From: Candidatus Adlerbacteria bacterium
GTDB taxonomy: Bacteria; Patescibacteriota; Minisyncoccia; Phycocordibacterales; SBAW01
Length of the DNA stretch: 64,000 bases
Direction of reading: 5' to 3'
Assembly: GCA_963749085.1 (NCBI GenBank)
Contig: CAVVLG010000002.1
Location: 229,033 to 293,032 of the forward strand
In this document: positions 40,495 through 50,240 of the stretch, piece by piece
Layout of the letters: each line of letters opens with the position of its first letter
Numbering within the stretch: the first letter of the stretch is position 1
Translations under genes and position numbers: made by a program
Notes under the pieces: model-generated
Seen by the model: only the letters and a program-made list of their open reading frames with translations
Told to the model about the DNA's origin: nothing
Databases searched by the model: none

Positions 40495-40911
40495 ATGAGC
40501 CGCTTTGATGACGGATATACCGGCCATCTCTTCGAAAGAGAGATGCTCGGCCAATGTCTTGCTCCCTACCGCGGGTATCTGCGATGGCGCGAGGCGGCGC
40601 AGTTGGTTCGCAAGAGCCAGCCGCGTGCGAAGGCTCCAGTTGCTGCTCGTCTCGAAAGAGAAGTGAGCGCGCAGGTTGGAGTTTCGGTGATGTTCTTCAC
40701 CGCCGTCGGGAGCGCCCTCGACGTAATGCACGGGTGTGACGGGTTCTTTGAATTCCGCGGCGTAGTCGTGACGATCGACATCACCATGAATCCCCACAAG
40801 GATTCTGGTAAGGCCGATATCGTCATCGCTCGCGAAGAGGTCGAAAACCTCCCCGTTCTCGCTGGCCGTATAGCACGCGAGTTGCGCTCGAAACTGTCGA
40901 GGAGGATGTGA
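40495..40911 (+). CDS. hypothetical protein, PD-(D/E)xK-like fold
   Basis: GAGGAGG RBS; FE...D..HG.DGFF....VTIDIT.N..K pattern. Confidence 0.65.
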   Translation: MSRFDDGYTGHLFEREMLGQCLAPYRGYLRWREAAQLVRKSQPRAKAPVAARLEREVSAQVGVSVMFFTAVGSALDVMHGCDGFFEFRGVVVTIDITMNPHKDSGKADIVIAREEVENLPVLAGRIARELRSKLSRRM

Positions 40912-41159
40912 TGAGTGTCAAAACCATCCCGTCGCCCCGACAGTTTTTCTTCGAGTGTGCAAAATGCGGCACCTATCCGGTCTCGGAAAAAACCCTTCGG
41001 AGGTTCATTACTCCGAAATTGAGAAAGGAGCTGGACAAGAAGTTAGCTAGTGGTGCCGGTGGCGCCGTTCTGAAATTTCTCAACGGCTGTCCTGCCTGCA
41101 CCCCCGATAATCCTCATGCGAAGGTGGAGCTGTCGGCCCTCAAGCCGATCGTCCACTAG
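40911..41159 (+). CDS. small zinc-finger protein
   Basis: CAKC and CPAC; TGATG coupling to upstream gene. Confidence 0.7.
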   Translation: MSVKTIPSPRQFFFECAKCGTYPVSEKTLRRFITPKLRKELDKKLASGAGGAVLKFLNGCPACTPDNPHAKVELSALKPIVH

Positions 41160-41255
41160 CGATGTTCCAAACCGCCACAGTTGTGGCATGGAGGAGCCAG
41201 TGGAATGATTAGCGAGGCACCCAGCGGATCAAACCCCCGCCTGCCTCCGGACCCG

Positions 41256-41295
41256 GACCCCGACATTAGCGCATAGCGCGTGTCGGGGTCTTTAT
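41256..41295 (+). terminator. intrinsic terminator
   Basis: GACCCCGACA...TGTCGGGGTC followed by T-rich run. Confidence 0.65.
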
Positions 41296-41399
41296 ATTAT
41301 TCGGGGGCGTTTTTTGTAACCTAGACAAGACGAATTATTTGTACTATTATCTCAGTTAGAATTCACCTCTTGTTCATCAACAACCGGAAGGAGGGCACC

Positions 41400-42386
41400 A
41401 TGCCCGCACTGCATCCTGCACTGAACGAAAATCCGATTGAGTTCAAATACACCGGTAGCGAGAAGCTGCTTCGAGGCCTCAAATCTACGAAGAAGGATTT
41501 TGAAGCAGGGACAGAAGCACTACTCCGACGTGCTGGCTTCGGCGGCATCTTTGCCGTAACAGTCTCCAACACAGTCAAGGGTGGCGCCCATAACAAGGGT
41601 CTGCGTCTAGGGGCGCCAGTCGAGCCACGACGATCTGTCGAAATCCGTTGGCAACAAGGGAGCAATGACGAACGTTTCGGCATGCTTCTAGGTGCCCCGC
41701 ATGGGATGGATGTCTTCGAATTCCATACTCGTCTTGACCGAGCATACAAGGAGTTAGACGATGACTCAAACGTAAAAAAAGTGAGCGGAGCGAAGCCTCA
41801 CCAAACCCCTGCCCCACCTGCGCCGCAGACAGATGAGCTCAAAGAAGCGAGGGCAAGGATCGAGCGGTGCATGCAGAAGTTTTGTGAGGCTGCACCCGAC
41901 CTTGGTCTTATCGACCGCGAGCAATGTTACGAAATCCTCCGACAACTTGGCGAAGATGCCGATCCGGCTTTCTCCGCATTCGTTAATGCGAAATACATCG
42001 TCGCTCTCGAAGGAAGCGAGCAGATGTTTCGCGTGGGTTTCGAGTGGCAGGAGAAGTTTCGCGACAAAAAGTCGGACACGCCATTATCGACGCCGTCCGT
42101 CCTGGAGCCGAAGGAACCTATTCCCACTAAGAGTCAGGTTGATCTCTTAGCCGAACTCAAGGGCCTGACCGAGAAGATGCGGCAGGCAGAGACTTTCCGC
42201 AGTAATCTCGCGAGCGTCGTTACGGAGATCGATGAGATCGAGAATCTCATCGCCTCCAAGACAGCTCGTTTGGAAGAGCTCCAAGCTAGACGGGCTCAAG
42301 CGGAAGAATTTCTCACTAGTCCTGAGTTCAAAGAGGCCGAAGAGATGCTTGCCGCCATCCAAAACTTGCTGGGATCTACCCGGTAA
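41400..42386 (+). CDS. hypothetical protein with C-terminal coiled coil
   Basis: AAGGAGG RBS; Pro-rich linkers; possible central winged helix; heptad C-terminus. Confidence 0.8.
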   Translation: MPALHPALNENPIEFKYTGSEKLLRGLKSTKKDFEAGTEALLRRAGFGGIFAVTVSNTVKGGAHNKGLRLGAPVEPRRSVEIRWQQGSNDERFGMLLGAPHGMDVFEFHTRLDRAYKELDDDSNVKKVSGAKPHQTPAPPAPQTDELKEARARIERCMQKFCEAAPDLGLIDREQCYEILRQLGEDADPAFSAFVNAKYIVALEGSEQMFRVGFEWQEKFRDKKSDTPLSTPSVLEPKEPIPTKSQVDLLAELKGLTEKMRQAETFRSNLASVVTEIDEIENLIASKTARLEELQARRAQAEEFLTSPEFKEAEEMLAAIQNLLGSTR

Positions 42387-42395
42387 CACCTTAAC

Positions 42396-42424
42396 GCCGT
42401 CTGCGTCATGCAGACGGCTTTTCT
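42396..42424 (+). terminator. intrinsic terminator
   Basis: GCCGTCTGC-GTCAT-GCAGACGGC-TTTTCT. Confidence 0.75.
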
Positions 42425-42500
42425 CTTGACAAAACGCCAAAATAGTATTTACTACTGACCAGTCTCAGCTTGTACCTTATCAGCCTGAACGGAGGTTTCA

Positions 42501-43109
42501 ATGGCAACTCTGCACATGCCGGATACGCCTGCCTTCCTAGAGGCAAAGCGGGTCCTGGCATCTGAACTCTCGGACGAAATACGCCTCTGGAGCCTCTCGA
42601 CTATGATTGAGGAGCTCCAGAAGAGGATACAAACAGCATCGTCGAGCAAACATCGTATTCGCGAGTTCTCGAGGCATTGCCTCGGGCTACACGGCGAACA
42701 ATTCAGGCGTGTGCGCGAATGGTTGAAAAATCCTTCGACGCTCACCACTGAAGACGTCTGCTTGGTGCTCCGCGCTCTGAAAGAAGGGCGCAATGGCATG
42801 ATGATTCCACCGAGTCCTCCTCGCCAAACGAAGTCGCCAAGCACCAACCGTAAGGGCGTGAACCGAAAACTTGTCGGACACGCGATTACGATGCTTAACT
42901 CGCTTAACATCCTATTCAATGAAGCAGGCATCCAACCAAAGGACGCCTTCGACGGAGATCGGATGCAAGTACAAAGCGCGATGGAGGAAATTTGCAAACG
43001 CTTCGGCGTCACGGCACAGTTCTCCGACCCGAGCGCGGCACGCAATCAACCCGTGACGAGAGACGATCTCGCCACGATCGGACTACGAAAGAAGGAGAAG
43101 AGACGATGA
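42501..43109 (+). CDS. hypothetical protein translationally coupled to the GHKL ATPase
   Basis: GGAGGT RBS; ATGA overlap at 43106-43109; basic tail. Confidence 0.8.
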   Translation: MATLHMPDTPAFLEAKRVLASELSDEIRLWSLSTMIEELQKRIQTASSSKHRIREFSRHCLGLHGEQFRRVREWLKNPSTLTTEDVCLVLRALKEGRNGMMIPPSPPRQTKSPSTNRKGVNRKLVGHAITMLNSLNILFNEAGIQPKDAFDGDRMQVQSAMEEICKRFGVTAQFSDPSAARNQPVTRDDLATIGLRKKEKRR

Positions 43110-44635
43110 GTCAGATCCTGTGGCTTATGGCCACCGCGATCCACATGGTGGAGAATCTGGCTGGCGGTCTCTACGAGAGCGTCGGCCAGCGCCTGATGGA
43201 GTTGGTTCGCAACGGTCTCGTTGCGAGCATGCCGGATCCCAATACGTGGGAGCCGAAACGAGCGAGAATCGAAATCTCGCTGTTCCCCAATCATCCGCTC
43301 GCCCCCAAGGGATGTCCGGCACTTGTCGTGCTTGACCATGGGAGTGGGATGACCGATGCGGGATTGCAACGCTACTTCAACTGGCTCGGCACTCCGCTGA
43401 AAGAGTTGAGGAAGAACGCCAACGGATCCTTCCATGGAGCTTCTCAAAAAGGCATCGGGCGGCTCGCCGCCTTAGGTCTCAACGAGAACTGTCTCCAAGA
43501 GGACTATGAAGTTCGCGTCAAGCACGGCTACTATTTGCTGTCTCGCACGCAAGCGGACGGCGATGTGCGATTCGTGCCGGTGATCCCAGAGATGGCGGAG
43601 AAGCAAGGGTTTGAAATCAATCGTTTCATCTCCTCGACCGCCACCGAAATGGGCCCCCTCAAAGGTCTCAAGGGATCTTTCACTGCTGTAATCGTCCCGA
43701 CGCCGATCTTCAAATCGCATCAGGAGATCTACGACGCGATAAAGTGGTTCTTACCGCGTGAGCAGGACAAGATGTTCTCGCTTGTGATTGGGGGTAAGGT
43801 CTACGGGCCTCCACCGCTTGAGGGTGAGATCAACGTCACTTCCCAAGATGGCCGTTACCGCGCCCGACTTGGAGCGGCAGAAAACGAGCATAGCGATGGC
43901 GTATGGCTCTGTGACGAAGTGACCGGATTCCGTGTCGCCAGTTGCCAGAAGCTTGGACGTCTGTTGCCTGACCCGCTGTGGTTCCCCGATCTCGTGGGCG
44001 ATATCTTTGCACCGGGACTGCTCCGTCATCAAAACACGGCACGCAGCACCCTCAACAAGGAGTTCACCCGCAAGAGCAACAAGGAGTGGCAGCGGCTTAT
44101 GATGTTTCTCATCAGCCAGGTTGCTCCGATGGCGAAGAAACTCATCGAACGGGACGCGATCTCGGGAGATGCTGCCGAGACACTCGACGAGGTGGTGGAG
44201 ATGATCCACAGCTTATACGGTGTCCCGGAGGAGAAGGAGAAGGACAAACATCCAAATGGTCCGACTCCATCGACTCCGCCTCAACCGCCGCATACCCCGG
44301 GTAAAACCGGAGGGAATCGTGGCAATAAAGGCAGTGGCACGCCGTATCGGCGCTACGTCTCCATCAAGGTCCGTAACGAGACTTTCCTTCTCTATCGCGG
44401 GCAGTCATTGGATCCGTACGTCTACGCCGAAGTCAGCGCCAATAATCCAAAGCAGATCATCGTGAATGTTCGCGGCGGATACCGGGCGTTGCCTGACGGC
44501 AAACAGGCACGGCGGGAGCATTGTCTCATGCAGCTCCTTTCGGCAATCGGACGAAGCAAATTCTCGATGGACCCCCGTCAGGCAATGTGCTTCACCAACG
44601 AAGTGAGGGCCGAATTTCTCAAGAAGAAAGCCTAA
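43106..44635 (+). CDS. MORC-like GHKL (HATPase_c_3) ATPase without a nuclease domain
   Basis: LYES...LMELVRN (N box), DHGSGM (G1), SQKGIGRLA (G2), GSFT (G3), S5-like G.I..PGL....ARS. Confidence 0.8.
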   Translation: MSQILWLMATAIHMVENLAGGLYESVGQRLMELVRNGLVASMPDPNTWEPKRARIEISLFPNHPLAPKGCPALVVLDHGSGMTDAGLQRYFNWLGTPLKELRKNANGSFHGASQKGIGRLAALGLNENCLQEDYEVRVKHGYYLLSRTQADGDVRFVPVIPEMAEKQGFEINRFISSTATEMGPLKGLKGSFTAVIVPTPIFKSHQEIYDAIKWFLPREQDKMFSLVIGGKVYGPPPLEGEINVTSQDGRYRARLGAAENEHSDGVWLCDEVTGFRVASCQKLGRLLPDPLWFPDLVGDIFAPGLLRHQNTARSTLNKEFTRKSNKEWQRLMMFLISQVAPMAKKLIERDAISGDAAETLDEVVEMIHSLYGVPEEKEKDKHPNGPTPSTPPQPPHTPGKTGGNRGNKGSGTPYRRYVSIKVRNETFLLYRGQSLDPYVYAEVSANNPKQIIVNVRGGYRALPDGKQARREHCLMQLLSAIGRSKFSMDPRQAMCFTNEVRAEFLKKKA

Positions 44636-44646
44636 ACTAAAAAAAT

Positions 44647-44682
44647 CCCCCGATCCGCGCAAGCGGGTCGGGGGTTCTTTCT
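44647..44682. terminator. bidirectional intrinsic terminator
   Basis: CCCCCGATCCGC-GCAA-GCGGGTCGGGGG flanked by A and T runs between convergent genes. Confidence 0.8.
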
Positions 44683-44692
44683 TACTGTGACT

Positions 44693-45298
44693 TCAACGGA
44701 TGTTAAAGTTTTCACCGATGATTCCCTTCGGCAGACCCTCCTGAACGAGCTGTACCGCAGCTCGATACGAAACGAGTCGCGAAACCTTACGATCGTTGTC
44801 GCTGACGGCCTCCGTCATCACCTCGATGGTTTTGTCGAGTGAGGCGAGAGCACGATCAAGCTCGGTCTTTTCTTTCTTGTTCGCTTCGGTGTCGCCGACC
44901 TCATGCTTGAGCATTTGATCGACAGTCTCGAGACGATTACGTTTGGCATCGCGCTCGTTGAGCAACGTCTCTTGAGCGCGAGCGACTTCGTCGCGGAGCT
45001 TACCGCGCCGAAGGAGCTCGGTCTCGATATCCACAAGAGATACCAAGTGCCCCACTGGTCCTGCGACTTGCGGTGCAGAAAGGAATTCGACCAGGTTGTC
45101 GAAATTTTTGATAAGTGTCTTTTCGTCCTGGCCATAGCCGATGCTTTTGACCATCGCGAGAATGCGCTCAATAAGAGGATCCGTACGACGGTCGAGCATC
45201 TGAAGTTCGAGGCACGCCTGCAGTTGTCCTTCGACGTACTGCGCGGACTGGACGATCGCCTTTTCGTTTCGAAGTTCAACCACAGGGGTTGCAGTCAT
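44693..45298 (-). CDS. coiled-coil hypothetical protein
   Basis: GGGAGA RBS; long heptad region. Confidence 0.75.
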   Translation of the reverse strand: MTATPVVELRNEKAIVQSAQYVEGQLQACLELQMLDRRTDPLIERILAMVKSIGYGQDEKTLIKNFDNLVEFLSAPQVAGPVGHLVSLVDIETELLRRGKLRDEVARAQETLLNERDAKRNRLETVDQMLKHEVGDTEANKKEKTELDRALASLDKTIEVMTEAVSDNDRKVSRLVSYRAAVQLVQEGLPKGIIGENFNIR

Positions 45299-45326
45299 GA
45301 TTTTCTCCCGGTTCTAGCTGTTAATT

Positions 45327-45384
45327 AGATTACATAATTCCATTGTCATGTCAACTTGACAAAAGTAAAGATTGCGATTATGGT
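45327..45384. promoter_or_regulatory. back-to-back divergent sigma70 promoters
   Basis: Palindrome TGTCAA-C-TTGACA (45349-45361); plus strand TTGACA-N17-TATGGT. Confidence 0.6.
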
Positions 45385-45426
45385 GCCAACAGACGACGTT
45401 TCTATCACACATGAAGGAGAAAGAGG

Positions 45427-46740
45427 ATGATTACTCCGAAAGAGCGAGTCATCCGCCTCTTTCTTGGTTTTTTGTCCCACTATGTGCCTTTGTCGCAGGC
45501 TCGCCTTGCGACCCTCGGCGGATATGGAATCGAAGCCAAGATTTGGGCGGAGTCGGGCGTCCCTCCCGATCACGGTTGGCTCATTGAGCTTAACCGCGAG
45601 CGAGGGGGTAGACTCATCAAGAGCCACCGATACAAGAGCCATAACCGCTTGGGAACCTTCCACCGGATCCTGAACGGCTATGGCGAAGACGGTCACGTCG
45701 ACGGATTCCATTTGGATCTGTGCGGGACCATGAGCGACCGGGTCATCGACGATTTCTCGCCAGTGCTTCCGCTGGTGCTACAAAGCACCGGCAAGTGCCT
45801 CGCGATCACCGTCGCTGATCAGCGTCGCAACGTGGCTCTCGAGCAGTGGCCTGAGATTCAGTTGCGCGGCAAGCAGCTGTTTGGGAGACAATCGACTGGA
45901 ATGCTCCAGGAGATTGAATCACAGCAGCGGCGTATTCCAGTCAAACGGAATTTGCCCGCGTTCATCAAGGCCTTCGATCCCACTAAAGCGGCCAAGCGCG
46001 AGTTTGGCCTGTTGGTGGAAATCGCCGAGATACTGCGGAACCACGCTTCATGGACATCTGCTCAGATCGAGCGGTACGTCTATGTGAGTCGGTACCAAGG
46101 CCGTCCGTTTCGTATGCGGACGTACTTCTTTCACTTCGAGCAAGGCAATCCCAAGAATTCGGGGTCTGTATTTGCGCGAATGTGGATCACGAGTCCGCTG
46201 CACTTCAACGGCGGAGAGAAGTTTGTCGAAATCAAAGCGCCCTCCACAGTGGTGGAGCGCACAGCACCAACGAAAGGAACAATAATGTCACGACTCGGCA
46301 ATGTTGCACGAGCGCTCGGCGGCGATGAGCTGGCCGAGTACGAAATGCTCGTGCAAAACAACGAACAGCTGCAGCAGATCCTGCAGACGGTTGCCTCTGT
46401 GAACGGGCTCGGCATGGCGCCGAAGACCGCGCAGAGTTCTACGACCCCCGCTCAGAAGGGAGCTCGTAGAAATTGGGATGATCTCTCCCAACAGGAGCAG
46501 ATCACCTGGCTGCTCAAGGCCTTGGAACTCAAGGCTAAGGGCAATGGCTCCTGGGATAACGGACAGTGGAAGAATATTCTCAAACAGGACTTCGGCCATT
46601 ACTCCGCCGGGCTCGGCCGCAGCTTGCGGGCCGCACTGGCTCGCACGAACGGCAAATTCCGCGCCAACTTCGTGACGCGGATCAAGAGCGCCTTCGGAAA
46701 GGATTTCCACCTGTACCTCGACCGCTTGTCGAAACTGTAG
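45427..46740 (+). CDS. SAM-dependent methyltransferase-like protein with separate C-terminal helical domain
   Basis: LATLGG.G.E (motif I-like), WLIE (motif II-like), DGFHLDLCG (motif IV-like), LAITV; internal in-frame RBS+ATG at 46285. Confidence 0.6.
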   Translation: MITPKERVIRLFLGFLSHYVPLSQARLATLGGYGIEAKIWAESGVPPDHGWLIELNRERGGRLIKSHRYKSHNRLGTFHRILNGYGEDGHVDGFHLDLCGTMSDRVIDDFSPVLPLVLQSTGKCLAITVADQRRNVALEQWPEIQLRGKQLFGRQSTGMLQEIESQQRRIPVKRNLPAFIKAFDPTKAAKREFGLLVEIAEILRNHASWTSAQIERYVYVSRYQGRPFRMRTYFFHFEQGNPKNSGSVFARMWITSPLHFNGGEKFVEIKAPSTVVERTAPTKGTIMSRLGNVARALGGDELAEYEMLVQNNEQLQQILQTVASVNGLGMAPKTAQSSTTPAQKGARRNWDDLSQQEQITWLLKALELKAKGNGSWDNGQWKNILKQDFGHYSAGLGRSLRAALARTNGKFRANFVTRIKSAFGKDFHLYLDRLSKL

Positions 46741-46755
46741 AAGCGCTTAGGCGCC

Positions 46756-46790
46756 AGACCCTCCGATTGTGATCGGAGGGTCTATTTTTC
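46756..46790 (+). terminator. intrinsic terminator
   Basis: AGACCCTCCGAT-TGTG-ATCGGAGGGTCT-ATTTTTC. Confidence 0.8.
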
Positions 46791-46858
46791 TTACCTACTG
46801 CTCCACCAAAGATTAGAAAAACCCGCCGCAGATCGTACTGCGACGGGCATGGTTTATG

Positions 46859-49570
46859 TTATTTCGTCTGATCCCCTGCCGACTGAAGCACTGCTTGCGC
46901 CGCCGCAAGGCGTGCAATGGGTACCCGGTACGGAGAGCACGAGACGTAGTCGAGACCGACTTCTTCACAGAACCGTATAGAGCGAGGGTCGCCGCCATGT
47001 TCTCCGCAGATGCCTAACTTGATTTTTGGACGCGTCTTACGGCCACGTTTGACAGCGATGCGAATGAGCTCGCCGACGCCCTCAATGTCCAAGGACACGA
47101 AGGGGTCGTGCTCAAGCGCTTTCTGCTCGATATAGTCGCCAAGGAACCTGCCGACGTCGTCCCGTGACAGACCATAGGTGGTCTGCGTGAGGTCGTTGGT
47201 CCCGAAGCTGAAGAACTCCGCCGTTTCTGCGATTTCGCCGGCCATGAGCGCCGCGCGAGGAAGTTCGATCATGGTGCCAATATTGTACATAAGGGTTGCA
47301 CCCTGCTCTTCCCGCACCTCATCAATCGTTCGTCTGATGAGACCCGCGACGAGGTCGAACTCGGCTTTGCCGGCAACGAGCGGAATCATGATCTCAGGAC
47401 TCACTGCCGTTTTAGTGCGGGTCATGTTGACGTCGATCGCCGCTTCGGCGATTGCCCGCGTTTGCATTTCGTAGATCTCAGGGTACGTGATCCCGAGCCG
47501 ACAGCCCCTGTGGCCAAGCATGGGGTTTACCTCATGGAGTGCTGCCGCCCGGTGTCGGACGGTCTCGATGTCCTTGCCGGCAGCTTTGGCGAGCTCCACG
47601 AATTCCTCGTCGGTCTTCGGGAGGAACTCATGCAAAGGCGGGTCGAGCAGCCGAATCGTGATGGGCAAGCCCTCCATAATCCGGAACAGCTCGATAAAGT
47701 CGTCGCGTTGCATCGGCAGTATCTTCTCCAATGCTTCGCGTCTCCCTTCCGTGTCGTCCGCCATGATCATCTCGCGGACCGCAAGGATGCGGCCCTTGCC
47801 GAAGAACATGTGCTCGGTACGACACAGTCCGATACCCTCGGCACCGAAGTTGCGTGCCGCGAGTGCGTCCTTTGCCGTCTCGGCGTTGGTGCGGATTTTG
47901 AGCCGCCGGATTTTATCTGCCCAAGCCATGAAGGTGGCAAAATCCTCCGAAGTTTCGGGCTCGATGGTCGCAACTTCGCCGAGCATCACCTCGCCGGTGG
48001 TCCCGTCGATGGTGACCTTGTCGCCCACTTTGACGACATGATTCTTAGCCGTCATGGTCTGTCTATCGTAATCGATGCGCAATTCGCGCGCGCCGACCAC
48101 GCACGGACGTCCCATGCCGCGGGCAACGACCGCAGCGTGCGAGGTGGTGCCACCACGGGTAGTAAGCACTCCCTTGGCGATACTCATGCCATGCACGTCA
48201 TCGGGACTGGTCTCAGTTCGCGCCAAGATGACCGAACCATGGAGCGCAGCGAGCCGTTTCGCCTCTTCGGTAGAAAAGACGATATGGCCCGACACCGCAC
48301 CCGGGGACGCGGCCAAACCCTGGGTCAGGACTGTCCGCTTGGCTTCCGGGTCAAGAACGGGATGCAGGAGCTCATCGAGCGTTGTGGGCTCGATGCGGCC
48401 GAGAGCATCCTCCTTGGTGATGAAACCCTCAGAGACCATGTCGATGGCGATTCGGATGGCCGCCGTCGCACTGCGCTTGCCGGTTCGAGTCTGGAGCATC
48501 CAGAGTTTCCCCTGCTGCACCGTGAACTCGATATCCTGCATGTCGAGGTAGTGCTGCTCAAGACGGTCGCGAACGGCAACCAGCTGGACAAACGCCTCGG
48601 GCATTGCTTCTTCCAAGGAAGGCAGTTTGGACTTTCGCGCCTTCTTGGTGGCGAGAGACAGCGGATGCGGCGTGCGTTTGCCGCCGACCACATCCTCGCC
48701 CTGAGCGTTGGGGAGGTACTCGCCGTAAAACTCGCGGGTACCGTTCAGAGGATTGCGTGTAAAGCCAACGCCTGTCGCGCAATTCTCGCCCATATTTCCG
48801 AAGACCATAGCCTGGACATTGACCGCCGTGCCCCAGTTCTCCGGAATGCCGTGGAGTTGCCGGTACTTGATGGCCCGGTCATTCATCCACGAGCTAAACA
48901 CGGCACCTATAGCTCCCCATAGCTGCTGGTAGGGATCTTGCGGGAACGATTTTCCCGTTTGATCCTGCACCAGCCCTTTGTAGGAATCGACGACGCGCTT
49001 CCAATCATCAACGTCTAGTTCGTTATCAAGCTCGATGCCTTTTTCGAACTTGAGCTGATCGAGGATGTCATCGAACAGGCCGTCCTCGATATTGAGGACG
49101 ACTTGCCCGTACATCTCAATGAATCGGCGATAACTGTCGTGCGCGAAACGCGGGTTCTGCGTAGCGCGTGCCAACATATCGACCGTGGCATCGTTGAGAC
49201 CGAGGTTGAGAATAGTGTCCATCATGCCGGGCATTGATGCCCGGGCACCGGAACGCACCGAGACCAGTAGAGGCAGTTCCCGACCGAAAAGCGATTCTTG
49301 AAGATTACCGAATCGAAATCCGGTCACCTTCTCGATCTCGCTCAGAGCTTGCACTACTTGTTCAGTGAGCCCGGTGGGATACGTTTTGCCGTTTTGATAA
49401 AAGTGAGTGCAGACCTCGGTGGTGATAGTGAAGCCGGGCGGCACAGGAATACCGATGCGTGACATTTCTGCCAGACCAGCACCTTTGCCTCCCAGGAGAT
49501 TCTTTGGGTTCGGAAGTGCTTCGGCAGTCTTTGAGCTGCCGAAGGAGAAGACCAGTCGCTCGTTCATCAC
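46859..49570 (-). CDS. ppdK: pyruvate, phosphate dikinase
   Basis: LGGKGAGLAEM, SVRSGARASMPGMMDT, phospho-His GGTTSHAAVVARG, GLCRTEHMF, GICGEHGGDP. Confidence 0.98.
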   Translation of the reverse strand: MMNERLVFSFGSSKTAEALPNPKNLLGGKGAGLAEMSRIGIPVPPGFTITTEVCTHFYQNGKTYPTGLTEQVVQALSEIEKVTGFRFGNLQESLFGRELPLLVSVRSGARASMPGMMDTILNLGLNDATVDMLARATQNPRFAHDSYRRFIEMYGQVVLNIEDGLFDDILDQLKFEKGIELDNELDVDDWKRVVDSYKGLVQDQTGKSFPQDPYQQLWGAIGAVFSSWMNDRAIKYRQLHGIPENWGTAVNVQAMVFGNMGENCATGVGFTRNPLNGTREFYGEYLPNAQGEDVVGGKRTPHPLSLATKKARKSKLPSLEEAMPEAFVQLVAVRDRLEQHYLDMQDIEFTVQQGKLWMLQTRTGKRSATAAIRIAIDMVSEGFITKEDALGRIEPTTLDELLHPVLDPEAKRTVLTQGLAASPGAVSGHIVFSTEEAKRLAALHGSVILARTETSPDDVHGMSIAKGVLTTRGGTTSHAAVVARGMGRPCVVGARELRIDYDRQTMTAKNHVVKVGDKVTIDGTTGEVMLGEVATIEPETSEDFATFMAWADKIRRLKIRTNAETAKDALAARNFGAEGIGLCRTEHMFFGKGRILAVREMIMADDTEGRREALEKILPMQRDDFIELFRIMEGLPITIRLLDPPLHEFLPKTDEEFVELAKAAGKDIETVRHRAAALHEVNPMLGHRGCRLGITYPEIYEMQTRAIAEAAIDVNMTRTKTAVSPEIMIPLVAGKAEFDLVAGLIRRTIDEVREEQGATLMYNIGTMIELPRAALMAGEIAETAEFFSFGTNDLTQTTYGLSRDDVGRFLGDYIEQKALEHDPFVSLDIEGVGELIRIAVKRGRKTRPKIKLGICGEHGGDPRSIRFCEEVGLDYVSCSPYRVPIARLAAAQAVLQSAGDQTK

Positions 49571-49755
49571 AGCTCCTTGTGTTGTATTTGATGCAGAAAC
49601 GGTATGTCAACGAACACGACCCACCTTTGTGATGGATCGACTCTAACGTATATAATCTCGCAACATTCTCTCAGGTGCGAGATTATCCTTAACTCCACTC
49701 GTACTATACCAAAATCTCCCAAAATATAAGTCCTGGCTGCGTGGTCCTTGACGAC

Positions 49756-49784
49756 TTGACAAATACGTCATTTTAGTATATAAT
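49756..49784 (+). promoter_or_regulatory. consensus sigma70 promoter
   Basis: TTGACA-N17-TATAAT exact match. Confidence 0.8.
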
Positions 49785-49823
49785 GGGAGAGAAAGCTCAT
49801 CACAGACTATAGGGAGATGGAAA

Positions 49824-50240
49824 ATGACCAAGTTCTGGATTGCTCTTGGCCTGATCGCAGGGATCGTTATCGAGAACTGGATCTGGCCGGGATGGCTCTC
49901 CTTCATGTACCACTATACCTTCGGGTTCACACCGTGGTACGTGCAGGCGGTGCTACTCGTCATCGCGAGTACGGCAGTAGCCTTCGTAGCCGCCGAGTTC
50001 TTAGGCGGCATCGTCGGGTTGCCTTTGCTCAGCATCTGGGCGGTGTTGCCACTCTTGGGCTTCCGGCTCGGTTGGGTGGACGACCGTCTTGGTGATGTTG
50101 CGCGGCAGTTGGCTGCCAATCCGCGCGATGTGCAGGAAGTGGCGCACGTTCACACCTACCTGCACACGAGTGTCGTTGTTTTCGGCGCTCTCGTGGCCCT
50201 GCTTATCCTGCTGTCGGTTGTGCGCGTGGTGTGGCGCTAA
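49824..50240 (+). CDS. membrane protein
   Basis: ~4 TMs downstream of consensus promoter. Confidence 0.7.
   Translation: MTKFWIALGLIAGIVIENWIWPGWLSFMYHYTFGFTPWYVQAVLLVIASTAVAFVAAEFLGGIVGLPLLSIWAVLPLLGFRLGWVDDRLGDVARQLAANPRDVQEVAHVHTYLHTSVVVFGALVALLILLSVVRVVWR

Noticed and set aside
47462-48922. Long antisense ORFs (486 aa opposite ppdK; also 36683-37690, 15977-16780, 31131-31883)
   Set aside because: Shadow frames of GC-rich genes with clear family motifs on the other strand
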